Shown piece after piece: positions 18,627-28,089 of a DNA stretch of 64,000 bases. Position 1 is the stretch's first letter, and every line of letters begins with the position of its first letter. The stretch is from the IMG/VR virus record IMGVR_UViG_3300041409_000348, positions 1 to 64,000 of that record; one strand, given 5' to 3'. The DNA is from a virus. The position numbers and the translations under genes are program-made. Under the pieces are notes generated by a model, which made no database searches, had not been told where the DNA came from, and was given only the letters and a program-made list of their open reading frames with translations.

Positions 18627-18889
18627 CGCGCCTTCCCCCTATGGGGGCGGGCGGGGGGAGCCAAGCGCTTGTGTAGGCGACCCCCCGCGCGCCATCCGGC
18701 GAGAATAACCGCCGCAACATCTGGTGATCAAGCGATCCGGGAAAGTAACCGGCCGCCGGCGGAGTTGTCCGTCAGATACCCGTGGGGAGATAGGGATCGG
18801 ATAGGTCACCGCCAGCGGCCAGGCTTTACCCGCACGGCCGGGTGGCCGCCCCCTAGGTCGCCAGTGCCCCGGCCGTGCGGAAGATAGTT

Positions 18890-19930
18890 CTACCCCACCC
18901 GGCGGCCGACACCACCGAGAATCACCGAATCCTTCACCGACGCCACCGGCCCGCCCGGTCGGGGCCACGCCTGCGCGTCCACCAGGCCCGGCGGCACCAT
19001 CTCCAGGCCGTCGAACATACCGCCGATCTGCGCCCGGGTATGGTTCCACACCCTCGGGCCGCGTTCGCTGCACACCGCCGCGAACTTATCCCCCGCTTCC
19101 CCGTCCTGATGCCACACCGCGACGATGATGCAGGAGCCGGGGACCAGCGCCGAGGCGAACCCGGCCACCACGTCACGGGCGCAGGCGGCGTCCAGGTGGT
19201 GCAGAACGTTGCCGAGGACCACGCACACCGGCTCGGCCATGCGGAACAGGCCCCGGACCTCGCCCCTGGCCAGCAGGGCGTGCGGGTCGCGGACGTCGGC
19301 GCCGGTGACGTCCACGTCCGGGCCGTCGGCGAGGATCGCGCGGGCGTGGGCCAGGACCATCGGGTCATAGTCGGCGTACACGGTCCGGGCGTCCGGGTTC
19401 ACGGCCCTGGCCGCCTCATGGACCGGCAGCCACTCCGGGCCCCCGCCCCACCGCCGCGGCACAGTCGGCAGGCCCGTCCCCGCATCAATGAACTGCCCGA
19501 TCCCCTCCCCCGCCGCCCACCGGACAGCCCGGGTCACGAAACTCTTGCTGCCCGCGGCGAGAGCCCCGGCGCGGGGCTGGCGGTCCAGGATCATGGCGGC
19601 GTGTGCCCGGTCGGCGGCGAAGTTGTCTTTCCCGCCGAGGAGGCAGTCGTGGACGCGGGCGATGTTCGGGACGGTCGCGTCGAACGGCATCAGGGTCTGC
19701 TCGAGTTTCGCGCGGAGCCCGCCGAGGGTCGCCGACTGGGCCCAGTCGGGCCACATGCGGTCGTGGCGGGCGGTGGCGAAGTAGCAGGTTTCCCCGTGGA
19801 CGGTGACGGGGGCGATGTTGTAGGCGGGGAAGTCGCCTTGCAGGGCCAGCAGCCGGGAGTGGGCGCGTACGGGGTCGGGGATGCGCTGCCCGATCTGGCC
19901 GGGTGTATGCGGAAGCTGATCGACGCCCAC
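18890..19930 (-). CDS. actinomycete SAM-dependent methyltransferase (DUF574-like)
   Basis: PNIARVHDCLLGGKDNFAADR, GIGQFIDAGTGLPT, YADYDPMVLAHARA. Confidence 0.85.
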   Translation of the reverse strand: MGVDQLPHTPGQIGQRIPDPVRAHSRLLALQGDFPAYNIAPVTVHGETCYFATARHDRMWPDWAQSATLGGLRAKLEQTLMPFDATVPNIARVHDCLLGGKDNFAADRAHAAMILDRQPRAGALAAGSKSFVTRAVRWAAGEGIGQFIDAGTGLPTVPRRWGGGPEWLPVHEAARAVNPDARTVYADYDPMVLAHARAILADGPDVDVTGADVRDPHALLARGEVRGLFRMAEPVCVVLGNVLHHLDAACARDVVAGFASALVPGSCIIVAVWHQDGEAGDKFAAVCSERGPRVWNHTRAQIGGMFDGLEMVPPGLVDAQAWPRPGGPVASVKDSVILGGVGRRVG

Positions 19931-20304
19931 CAGGGTTCCCCCCCTGTACCGAGTTACGCAATTGCGTACCATGCCAGCCTAGTCATGCCAGCCACGTCCT
20001 GTCACGGACTCCGGCCTCTCTGTGACACGGAAACCCCTGGTGTATCGGTCAACCAAGCCCAGGTGAGAGGCGTACGGCACGAGAGAGGCCCCGGCCGGCT
20101 GCCAGCCCGGCGGGGCCTCGTCGTTGATGGAACGGTCAATCCCAGTCGATGCTCATCAGGGTTCCCCTTCCCTGTCCGGCGGGATTCGCGGAGGTCATCC
20201 CCACTCGATGCGCATACCCGCCACCTCCGCCCGCTAAAGCCGTATCTGACCGGACTCTTTTAGCAGACCATGCTACGTGTGCCACGTCTACCAACCAGGG
20301 CATG

Positions 20305-20357
20305 AAAAAACCCGGCCAGCGAGGGGATCCGGGTGGGCGGACCCCTCGCTGGCCGGG
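20305..20357 (-). terminator. long hairpin terminator
   Basis: CCGGCCAGCGAGGGG...CCCCTCGCTGGCCGG with T6 on the minus strand. Confidence 0.7.
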
Positions 20358-20665
20358 CGTTACGGCCTGCCCGCGCGGACTGCAGGTCTCCGGGGGAAGG
20401 AGGTGCCTGGGCAATCAGGGATGGTCGGGCCGCTATCTTTCCGCTACATAGCGTAAGCGAATGGTGCGGCCCCGTGTCAAGCGGGACGGCGGGATCTCCT
20501 GTGCCAGTTCCTCGCTGATCTCAGGGTCCATCAGCCGCGCCTCCTTCCGCTTCGCAGCCCGTGCGCCCATCGACCCGCCACCCGAGCAGTCCGGGCCGGG
20601 GTCGCGGCCAGCGCGCGTGCCGGGGCAGCAGCCGGGCGCCTGATAGCGGCCGAGCATCCGCGGCA

Positions 20666-21466
20666 TTACGCCTCCCAGATCATGGTCTTGACGTCGAGCA
20701 CCGCCCAGTTAGCACCGTCACCCTCATCGCAGTCCAGCCCAGTCACCTCGACCGGGCCATAGCCGAAGTCACATACACGCTGGTATGAGCGGTGCAGGTG
20801 CCCGTGCATCAGGTGGGACGGCTGTACGGCGCCCACCACCCGCTGCAGGCGCTCCTGATGCGCGTCGCTGCGTGCGAGATCCCGCACATCCCAGAACGCA
20901 GGCGGGGGCGGGAACGTGTGCTTCACGCCGGATGGGCAGTCGTGGGTGACCATCACATCAGCCGGCCCGTCCGCGATGACAGCCCGCTCCTGCTCGGCGG
21001 TGATCTCTTCCTCGGGCCACCAGTTCCTGCCCTCGGTGCGGATGGCCTTGTCCAGGCTCACCCCGCCACCGAGCGCCAGCCAGGTCCGGCCGTGCCACAT
21101 CCACCGGGTTCCGCGCGGCTGCCAGTAGATGCCCGGCGAGATCTCGGTTACCCCGATGCCGCCGCCGAACATGCGCTTGTTCTGCTCGACCGCCTCATGC
21201 ATCTGCGGGAAGTCCTCGTGGTTGCCGTCCACGAACCACAGCACCATGTCGGCGGCTTCCAGCGCTTCGCTCACCTGCCGCAGGTACTTCCGCCCCGCGT
21301 CGCCCGGCCAGACGCCGAAGTCGCCAAGGTGCAGGATGATCCGCGAGGCCAGCGGGTTCTTGTCGTCCAGCCGTTCGGCGGCCATCCCGATAACGTGCAG
21401 TGCCCAGTCGGTGTTGCCGTGCCAGTCCCCGGCGACGACGATGCGTCGTGTGTCGCGGTAGCCCAT
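20666..21466 (-). CDS. calcineurin-like metallophosphoesterase
   Basis: GDWHG, HLGDFG, DGNHED, THD, HGHLH. Confidence 0.9.
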   Translation of the reverse strand: MGYRDTRRIVVAGDWHGNTDWALHVIGMAAERLDDKNPLASRIILHLGDFGVWPGDAGRKYLRQVSEALEAADMVLWFVDGNHEDFPQMHEAVEQNKRMFGGGIGVTEISPGIYWQPRGTRWMWHGRTWLALGGGVSLDKAIRTEGRNWWPEEEITAEQERAVIADGPADVMVTHDCPSGVKHTFPPPPAFWDVRDLARSDAHQERLQRVVGAVQPSHLMHGHLHRSYQRVCDFGYGPVEVTGLDCDEGDGANWAVLDVKTMIWEA

Positions 21467-21604
21467 GGCTCCATGATGCGCTACGGCGAGCGGGGCACGG
21501 CCAGGACCAGCCCGGCCATGCTCCCCGCCAGCGGTGGCCGCCCATCCGGGCGCCGTGTACCCGGCGTTTCCCCGGCGGGCGGCCAAGGGAACGGTAACGC
21601 GGGC

Positions 21605-21895
21605 CTACGACAATCCAGGCGCGGTGCCAGGTGTGTGCCGATTACGGATGTAGTTGCTCACGTTCTCCGCAGTCAGCGGCGGCAGGACCGGCCGCCCGCT
21701 TGGAGCGCCCTCCCGGCGCTCCGCCACGGTGTCACGGCCAGTGCAGCGCTCATGGCCAGACTCTGTGTGCACCAGCACCGTCACCGGGCGGCTGCCCAAA
21801 CCGGACTCGCCCGCGACGAACTCAGTCAGGTGCTGCTCGTTGATGGCGTCGCCGCAATGGGTGCAGTCCCCGGCCGGATAGAGCGTGAAGGTCAT
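21605..21895 (-). CDS. hypothetical protein
   Basis: ORF track. Confidence 0.5.
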   Translation of the reverse strand: MTFTLYPAGDCTHCGDAINEQHLTEFVAGESGLGSRPVTVLVHTESGHERCTGRDTVAERREGAPSGRPVLPPLTAENVSNYIRNRHTPGTAPGLS

Positions 21896-21899
21896 GTCC

Positions 21900-22292
21900 T
21901 CAGTCTCCCCCGCCGGTCACAGATTCCCGCCCCAGCCGCTCGTTGTGCACCGCGCAGATGTGCGCGGCCAGATCCGCTGTCTCCACCGTCCCGACGTACG
22001 GGTCCTGGCGGTCCGGCCCGTCACCCAACTGGGCGTACATGTGCCGGTTGACCTGCCGGCCGGGACGCCACGGCAGCGTCAGCGGGCATGCACCAGCGGC
22101 CCGCGGATCCCCCGCTTCCTCAAGCCTGTCGAGCAGCTCGGGGAGGTCCAGCGTGCGGATTGGCAGCAGTGTGCCGTCGTAGACGGCCCGCCACCGGCGG
22201 TCGCCCGGATCGGGCGGCAGGATGGTCACCCCCGGGTGGGCCTGCTCGTAGGCGAGCTTGCGCGGCACCTGATCCTCTGGTTCACCTGTCAT
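21900..22292 (-). CDS. hypothetical protein
   Basis: RBS before MTGEPED. Confidence 0.5.
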   Translation of the reverse strand: MTGEPEDQVPRKLAYEQAHPGVTILPPDPGDRRWRAVYDGTLLPIRTLDLPELLDRLEEAGDPRAAGACPLTLPWRPGRQVNRHMYAQLGDGPDRQDPYVGTVETADLAAHICAVHNERLGRESVTGGGD

Positions 22293-22348
22293 TTCTTTCC
22301 CCTCCCCTTTGAGGCCCGGTAACCCGGGATTTCCTGATTCTGGCCCGG

Positions 22349-23179
22349 CTAAATCGCAGTTGGGGCGCAATTCCCCGTCATCCTTTCGCGGGTGATTGCC
22401 GACAGCAGGACCCCGAGCGGAGGCGGATCATCGCTCCGGGCCGGTGGTGGCGTCGCCCACGGGTCGGCGTCGGCGGGCGGCTTGGCAGGCGCTGGCGCGG
22501 CCCGGTACGGCGGGGGCGTGTTCGTGGGCACGAAGTTCTGCGGGTCTTCTTCCCGCCGGATCGCGGTGCGCACGAACACCAGCGGCTTGCGGGGCGGCGA
22601 CGAGGCGCGGCCGAGGATCTGGCGTGCGACCTGCGCGGCGTGGTCCCGGCTGACCCTGACCTGGGTTCGTTCTTCAATCTCAGAAATGATCATGTCGGTC
22701 ATGGAGCCTGAGTTATCCACAGGCGGGTCAGCCTCGCGCGCCCGCGCGGATCGATCTTTCGTTTTTGGGTCTTCCGTCTTTAGTTCTTTATCTGACGGGT
22801 TCCCGTCTGACGGCTTCCCGACCGACGGGAAGCCGTATGTCGTGGTGACCAGCGGCGATGCGCCATCCTCGCCGCTGGTCACGATCGCCTCATCGCTGAG
22901 AACCTGATCCCACACCCAGATCCCCCGCGGGCCCTTCCGCCGGTCGCGCCGGTAATAGCCACATTGCCCGAGCTCGCGCAGTGCGCCCCGGACCGCCTCG
23001 CGGCCGTCAGGCGCCTGGGACTCCAGCCACTTGGCCGTGAGGACGTGATCCGGCGGCAGGGAAAGGACGAACGCGAGGACGCCGCGGGCACGCCAGCTGA
23101 GGCGCTCATCCTGAAGCGCGGCGTTGGAGATTTGGACGAACTTGCCTTCGGCAGCGCGAACGCTGCGTATCGCGGTCAC
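22349..23179 (-). CDS. replication initiator-like HTH protein no. 2 with internal repeats and DnaA box (22713-22721)
   Basis: FVQISNAALQDERLSWRARGVLAFVLS...GREAVRGALRELGQCGY; GFPS/GKPS/GNPS repeats. Confidence 0.75.
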   Translation of the reverse strand: MTAIRSVRAAEGKFVQISNAALQDERLSWRARGVLAFVLSLPPDHVLTAKWLESQAPDGREAVRGALRELGQCGYYRRDRRKGPRGIWVWDQVLSDEAIVTSGEDGASPLVTTTYGFPSVGKPSDGNPSDKELKTEDPKTKDRSARAREADPPVDNSGSMTDMIISEIEERTQVRVSRDHAAQVARQILGRASSPPRKPLVFVRTAIRREEDPQNFVPTNTPPPYRAAPAPAKPPADADPWATPPPARSDDPPPLGVLLSAITRERMTGNCAPTAI

Positions 23180-23510
23180 GATGCCTCCCGCGACGGGGGC
23201 TGGCCCGACACGCCGGGGCCGTCGTCTGCGGGAGTTGCGCGCCCGCTTGCGTCCCGTGTTATGTTGATTCAACTCCCTTGGAGTACAGCAAAGGCCCGGT
23301 TCGCCGGGTGCTGTGGATCGGATCAGGAATCGCCAGCTACATCGGGCGCCAACCTTCAGGGGCTGGGATTCCAGGTGGATTCTGTTGTGCGATGCTCCCC
23401 ATTACGGGGGGCTTTTTTTACGTTCCGGGGGGCAGTATCTCCTGGCGAGTCGTGCCCCCTATCATGCCGCGCCGACAGTCCGGGCGTCCCCTTCTCGCGT
23501 AGCCGGCGTG

Positions 23511-24155
23511 TCATGCGGCCGGCTTGAGTTGAGCCGAGAGCACTGCGTAAGCTTCGCGAGCTTCCGGTGAGTCAGCCTCGCCTAGTGCGGCGAGGATGGT
23601 CTCCCAGTACCGTTCGCTAAGCCATGCCGCCTGGCGCCTGTTGGCTATCTGTTCGGCGGAGGTTGCCCACCGCAGGTTCCCGGGCTCGTAATTGCCGTCA
23701 CCTTCGATCCGATCAAGCGATCCGCCGATCGGCTTCGGCCCGAGGGTTGCTTCGATCCAAGCAATGAACGCGGTCGGGTCATCGCGCCACTCGACGTAGA
23801 CCGTGATGCCCCGGCCACCGTAGAGGTGCCATCCCTTGTCGCGCGGGCTCCCGCAGCGTCGGCGCATAGCCCGCCACGTGCAGTAGAGCGGATGCTTCGA
23901 CAAGCCGTGCGTACGATTCGGCGCTCGCATCTTGCGCAGCCGCTTGCCGGTTGTGATCCGGAGGCATCCGCAGGATTGCGAGTGCCCGCTGGTAAGGGCG
24001 CACAGTCTCACCAGCTTGACGATGCCGCAATCACACCGGCAGTCGCGGCCATGCTCGCGCGCCCGCCAGCCTTCCGTTCCGAGGCGGCGTTCCGGGCCAA
24101 CCACAGTCCACCGGCCGAACCGCTGGCCAAGCGAGACGGGATGTGTGCGAGGCAT
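23511..24155 (-). CDS. HNH-type homing endonuclease
   Basis: GQRFGRWTV, CRCDCG, YGGRGITV, SLDRIEGDGNYEPGNLRWAT. Confidence 0.85.
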   Translation of the reverse strand: MPRTHPVSLGQRFGRWTVVGPERRLGTEGWRAREHGRDCRCDCGIVKLVRLCALTSGHSQSCGCLRITTGKRLRKMRAPNRTHGLSKHPLYCTWRAMRRRCGSPRDKGWHLYGGRGITVYVEWRDDPTAFIAWIEATLGPKPIGGSLDRIEGDGNYEPGNLRWATSAEQIANRRQAAWLSERYWETILAALGEADSPEAREAYAVLSAQLKPAA

Positions 24156-24267
24156 CAGGCTCGGTCGCTAACTTCCCACGGCAGGCGTTGCGTGCAGTCG
24201 ATCAGCACGTGCGATTCACCGCAGGTGGAGCACGGTGGCAGTGTGAGCCACCATCTCGTGTGATCGT

Positions 24268-24501
24268 TCATCGTTGCTCCTTATCGAGGATCTCTTCGGC
24301 CTCATCGAGGCTCAGCCCGTACTGATGGCCGAACGCCTCATGGTTCCCTGCGGCGTAGACGGAACCGTCCGGCCGCGTGAGCTGATATGTGCCGTACAGC
24401 ACGTGGCGGCGGTCGCGGGCGCGGTACCGCTGGAGTTCCAGCCCCCGTCGCTGCGCGACCCGCCGCACCCGGTTCTCGCGGGTCTTCTCCGCCATGTCCA
24501 T
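24268..24501 (-). CDS. hypothetical protein
   Basis: ORF track. Confidence 0.55.
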   Translation of the reverse strand: MDMAEKTRENRVRRVAQRRGLELQRYRARDRRHVLYGTYQLTRPDGSVYAAGNHEAFGHQYGLSLDEAEEILDKEQR

Positions 24502-24568
24502 ACCAGTAGCTATATCACAAAGCGTGCCGCGAGTAGTGCTGTAAGGTGGCCCGGCGTGTCGCCGCTGG

Positions 24569-24772
24569 TCACAGGTGCAGCACCACGACGACCGCGACGA
24601 TCACCGCGGCACCCCACAGCAGGCTCAGGAGCGCGTGCCGCCGGAACAGCCTCCGCAGGACGGGGACCGCTGCCGCTGCCGACTTCCAGTCCCGCCAGGC
24701 CCGGTGTGCGTGTTTCCACCGCCAGCCTGCCAGGACACCGATCATGATGCCGGGGATCAGCGCTGCGTGCAC
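24569..24772 (-). CDS. small membrane protein
   Basis: two hydrophobic segments. Confidence 0.5.
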   Translation of the reverse strand: MHAALIPGIMIGVLAGWRWKHAHRAWRDWKSAAAAVPVLRRLFRRHALLSLLWGAAVIVAVVVVLHL

Positions 24773-24793
24773 TCACGGAGCGTCCCACGGCGT

Positions 24794-25258
24794 TCACGTT
24801 CCGTCCAGAGCGTTCGGGATCGTCCGCGAATCCCCGTAGCCGATGCCGTCACTTCCCTGACTCCACGAGGCCGCAGCGTGCAACTCGGCCGACTTGGCGT
24901 TGAACGCCAACTTGGAGGATCCGGGTATCGTCCAGCCAATTCCGTCAGGTCCCTCGACGTGGCGAAACTTCGGCTTCGGTTTTGGCTTGCTCGTGCGCTT
25001 CCGGTAGGGGCGCGGGCTGTCCGTCACGGCGTGCTTCTTGTTGTACTTCGGCCGCTCGGCCTTGATGGCTGCGATCTCAGCCCTCGCCGCTTCTGGCCGC
25101 GAGTCGTACCAGTAGACCGTCATCCGGCGATGCTCGTCCCACCACGGCTGCTTCCTTGCGTGCTGCTTCCAGCGACCGCCGAAGTCATAGCTGATGCCGA
25201 TGTAGAGCAGCCGGTCAGCGTCGCCGAACACGTGGTAGAGCGCCGTTCGTTGTTTCAC
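24794..25258 (-). CDS. GIY-YIG nuclease-family protein
   Basis: TALY...LLYIGIS...RWKQH...E..AIKAERPKYN. Confidence 0.8.
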   Translation of the reverse strand: MKQRTALYHVFGDADRLLYIGISYDFGGRWKQHARKQPWWDEHRRMTVYWYDSRPEAARAEIAAIKAERPKYNKKHAVTDSPRPYRKRTSKPKPKPKFRHVEGPDGIGWTIPGSSKLAFNAKSAELHAAASWSQGSDGIGYGDSRTIPNALDGT

Positions 25259-25659
25259 TGGCCATCGACCGCCGCCAGTGAGCCCACCGGTTCCGAACTC
25301 CAGAATTCCCGCAAAGACCGGATGAGCCGCCCGTCGAACTCAAGGATGGCCACCTCCCGCATCCGCTTCCGCACGCCCTGGGCCACATCGTCGAACTCGG
25401 CCAGCCATTCCGCCGTGGCCGTGTCGCCGTCCAGGTACACGGCCAGCAGCTCGCACGTGATGTTGGCCTGAGCCCCGACTACCTTGTCTTTCCAGTAGGC
25501 GCGGATGGCCTCACGGTCGCCGATGGTGACGGGCTTCATGACCCGCTCCCAGTAGGTTGCGTCTTCGGTGAAGATCGTGCAGATCAAATCCGGGTCCTGC
25601 TCCTGCCACGCCTTGATGTAGACGGCGATGACCTCGCGCACGTCGTCCTTGGTCAGCAT
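25255..25659 (-). CDS. NTF2/SnoaL-like protein
   Basis: YIKAW..QD...IFTEDATY...GDTATAEW...IRSLREFW. Confidence 0.8.
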   Translation of the reverse strand: MLTKDDVREVIAVYIKAWQEQDPDLICTIFTEDATYWERVMKPVTIGDREAIRAYWKDKVVGAQANITCELLAVYLDGDTATAEWLAEFDDVAQGVRKRMREVAILEFDGRLIRSLREFWSSEPVGSLAAVDGQ

Positions 25660-26438
25660 CAGCGTTCCTCTCCAATGTCGGCCAGCATCAGCGGCGCGTC
25701 GTTGCGGTCACGGGACATCACCAGCTCGTAAAGCTCCACCGGGTCACGCAGGACGATCCCAGTCACCTCGGCCGGGCCGGCGTCGAGCCGGACCCACTTC
25801 CACCGGCCATCCGACACCTCGACGTCACTGCCGACGCCGCCGTAGATGCCTTCCATGACGGTCTCGCCCGAGTGGACGGCCAGTTGCACGACGCCGTGGT
25901 ATCTCCGGTCGGACGTGTTCATGTAGCAGCCCAGCAGGTGCCGGCCGTGCAGGTCCGCGACGATCTCGTTGCGAAAGCCGACGGACCGGCCCTCGCTGCG
26001 TGGCTCGGGTGGGTGATTGGCGGCCCGGATGCGGCCGGTGCCGACGGCGGTGATGGTGGCTATGTCGGCGTGGCGGCGGGCGACGCCCATTGACGGGAAC
26101 TCATAGACCGTCACCCACGGGCCGGCCAGCAATCCGGCAGGGAACTGGGGCGGAACGTCAGCCAGCAGCGGCACGTCCAGCGCGGGCAGGCCTTGCGTAA
26201 CCGCGAAGCACGCCATGACCACATCGCTGGGCGGACGGCTGCCGCCCTCCCATGCCTCGATGGTCTCGGGCAGCATGTCCCGCTTGGTTTCCCGCAGGAT
26301 GAAGCCGGAGAACTCTTCGTAGTCCATTCCGAGCTTGAGCCGCGCCGCGGTGACCTGAACACACGCCTGCCGGCTGTAGTCGATATGACGCGTGCCACCG
26401 ACTCCGATGCTGACGACCTCGGCGCTACCGTCGCCCAC
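25659..26438 (-). CDS. XRE-like HTH plus beta-rich C-terminal domain
   Basis: ARLKLGMDYEEFS...TIEAWEGG. Confidence 0.55.
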   Translation of the reverse strand: MGDGSAEVVSIGVGGTRHIDYSRQACVQVTAARLKLGMDYEEFSGFILRETKRDMLPETIEAWEGGSRPPSDVVMACFAVTQGLPALDVPLLADVPPQFPAGLLAGPWVTVYEFPSMGVARRHADIATITAVGTGRIRAANHPPEPRSEGRSVGFRNEIVADLHGRHLLGCYMNTSDRRYHGVVQLAVHSGETVMEGIYGGVGSDVEVSDGRWKWVRLDAGPAEVTGIVLRDPVELYELVMSRDRNDAPLMLADIGEER

Positions 26439-26853
26439 CGTCGGCCGCCGTCGTTGCGCGCTCACGCTTGCCACCGTGCGGCTCTTCGGCTGCGCTGGCA
26501 AGGTCGGCTTCCATCTGGCCCATGCGCCTGCGAAGGATGCCAACTTCCTCTTGAAGCCCGGCGACCTGTGAACGCAGCCCCGCGATCTGTTCCTCGATCG
26601 GGCGTACATCCAAGCGGCGCTCGCGGGCATCCTCGGCGCTGAGCAGGACTTGATACGGGCGCCCCTGGCGCCCCTGCAAGACCCGCTGATGCTTGAGCCA
26701 GTCGACAGCGGCCCGCGATGTCCCGCGCCCGGCTCCCGTGGCCGCCTCGATCCCCGTCAGGGTGATGCCGTCGGCTCCAATGGCCCCAGACGCGATCCCG
26801 TCGAGAACCCAGTCCGCCACGCGGAGGTATTCCGGCGGTTCCTGATCGGTCAC
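26425..26853 (-). CDS. GntR-like (KorSA/ImpA-type) wHTH regulator with coiled coil
   Basis: PEYLRVADWVLDGIASG...GRGTSRAAVDWL...GRQGR. Confidence 0.7.
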   Translation of the reverse strand: MTDQEPPEYLRVADWVLDGIASGAIGADGITLTGIEAATGAGRGTSRAAVDWLKHQRVLQGRQGRPYQVLLSAEDARERRLDVRPIEEQIAGLRSQVAGLQEEVGILRRRMGQMEADLASAAEEPHGGKRERATTAADGGRR

Positions 26854-26893
26854 CCGGTGGCCCCTTCGGCGCTATGTACGGCCTTGCAAGCTT

Positions 26894-26954
26894 TGTGATC
26901 ACAGTACAACAAGCCTCCCTCGTGGTCTCCTCTTGACACTATGCATGCATAGTG
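26894..26954. promoter_or_regulatory. divergent promoter/operator: TTGACA (26933) overlapped by the perfect palindrome CACTATGCATGCATAGTG (26937-26954); second palindrome TGTGATCACA (26894-26903)
   Basis: read directly. Confidence 0.65.
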
Positions 26955-27242
26955 ATTCCATGTCTACAGACGGAACACACGGAAGAACCGCCACGAGTGG
27001 CCGAATCGGCTGAATGGGACGGAAGAACCTTGGACGAGAACGCAGACCGCGCCAGCGGCCCCGGGAAGTGGCTGATGCCCGCCGAGGCCGCAGCGCTGTT
27101 CCCCGCCTCGACGCGAGCCCTGCGGAAGTGGGCCAAGGCCGGGCTGCTCCACGCGAACCGCACCCCGGGCGGCCACCGCCGCTACCGCGAGGCGGAAGTC
27201 CGGGCCCTCGTCGCCGAACTGGCCGAGGGAGTGGCGGCGTGA
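26952..27242 (+). CDS. second BldC/MerR-like DNA-binding protein (true start probably 26997 or 27030)
   Basis: LMPAEAAALF...KWAKAGLL...RTPGGHRRYREAEVRAL. Confidence 0.75.
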   Translation: MIPCLQTEHTEEPPRVAESAEWDGRTLDENADRASGPGKWLMPAEAAALFPASTRALRKWAKAGLLHANRTPGGHRRYREAEVRALVAELAEGVAA

Positions 27243-27335
27243 TGACTTCCGTATACGCAAAAGGCGGCCCTAGCGCTGAAGACGCTAAGACCGCCGTGAC
27301 TGCAACTGAGCAACGCCTCGCTGAAGGAGCACTCA

Positions 27336-27557
27336 ATGGCCACCCTAACAGCACCCCCCGTCCAAACCCCGGCACACCCGGCGCGTGTCCGTCTCGCCGG
27401 CACGGAGGAACGCCAGGAAGCCGCGCTGCTGAACTTCGCGGGCCAGCTGGAGGAAGCGTTCCAGCGCGGCTACGCCGAATGTGCCCGGCGCCACGGCCTC
27501 CCGCAGGCCGCGGACCGTCCCCGGCACCTGTCTGCTGTCCCCGGCGGTGCCGCATGA
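27336..27557 (+). CDS. small protein paralogous to the N-terminus of 17321..18223
   Basis: NFAGQLEEAFQRGYAECARRHGLP...RHLSAVPG. Confidence 0.65.
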   Translation: MATLTAPPVQTPAHPARVRLAGTEERQEAALLNFAGQLEEAFQRGYAECARRHGLPQAADRPRHLSAVPGGAA

Positions 27558-27775
27558 GCGTCAACCTGACCGCCCTGCATGAAGCGGCCGAAGCGCTCGG
27601 CACCGCGGCCCGTGCCGCGGACGAGGGCCGCATCGACGACGCCCGGTTCGCTATCGCTCGGGCCCGCCTCACCGCTGTCCCCGCGCTCGGCCCCGGCAGT
27701 GAGGCATCCGGCCACTTCGATGCCGTCCTGCATGTTGTCGCTGCCGAACTGACCATTGACGGGGTGCGGCTGTGA
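27554..27775 (+). CDS. hypothetical protein
   Basis: ATGA overlap. Confidence 0.5.
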   Translation: MSVNLTALHEAAEALGTAARAADEGRIDDARFAIARARLTAVPALGPGSEASGHFDAVLHVVAAELTIDGVRL

Positions 27776-28089
27776 ACGAGGACCAGGGCTACACCGGCCG
27801 CCACCGCAACGGGGACGACAGCCCCGCCTGTTTCCCGGGCCAGCCCGGCGACCCGCACGGTGACCCGCAGGCCGACACCGCCGTCAGGGCGCTGCGCAAG
27901 GCCCTCGGGCACCTGACTTCCGCCGCCACCGTCGCCGAGTGCACGCTGCCCGAGGCTGGCCGGTTCGTAGACGGTCACCTCGCCGAGGCCGCGCTGCTCG
28001 CGTTCGGGTTCCCGCCGGACAGCGACGAGGCGAAGGGCCTGCACCTGCTGGTCGGCGCGGTCCAGCGCGCGAAGGAGGATGTGTCATGA
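27772..28089 (+). CDS. hypothetical protein
   Basis: ORF track. Confidence 0.5.
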   Translation: MNEDQGYTGRHRNGDDSPACFPGQPGDPHGDPQADTAVRALRKALGHLTSAATVAECTLPEAGRFVDGHLAEAALLAFGFPPDSDEAKGLHLLVGAVQRAKEDVS

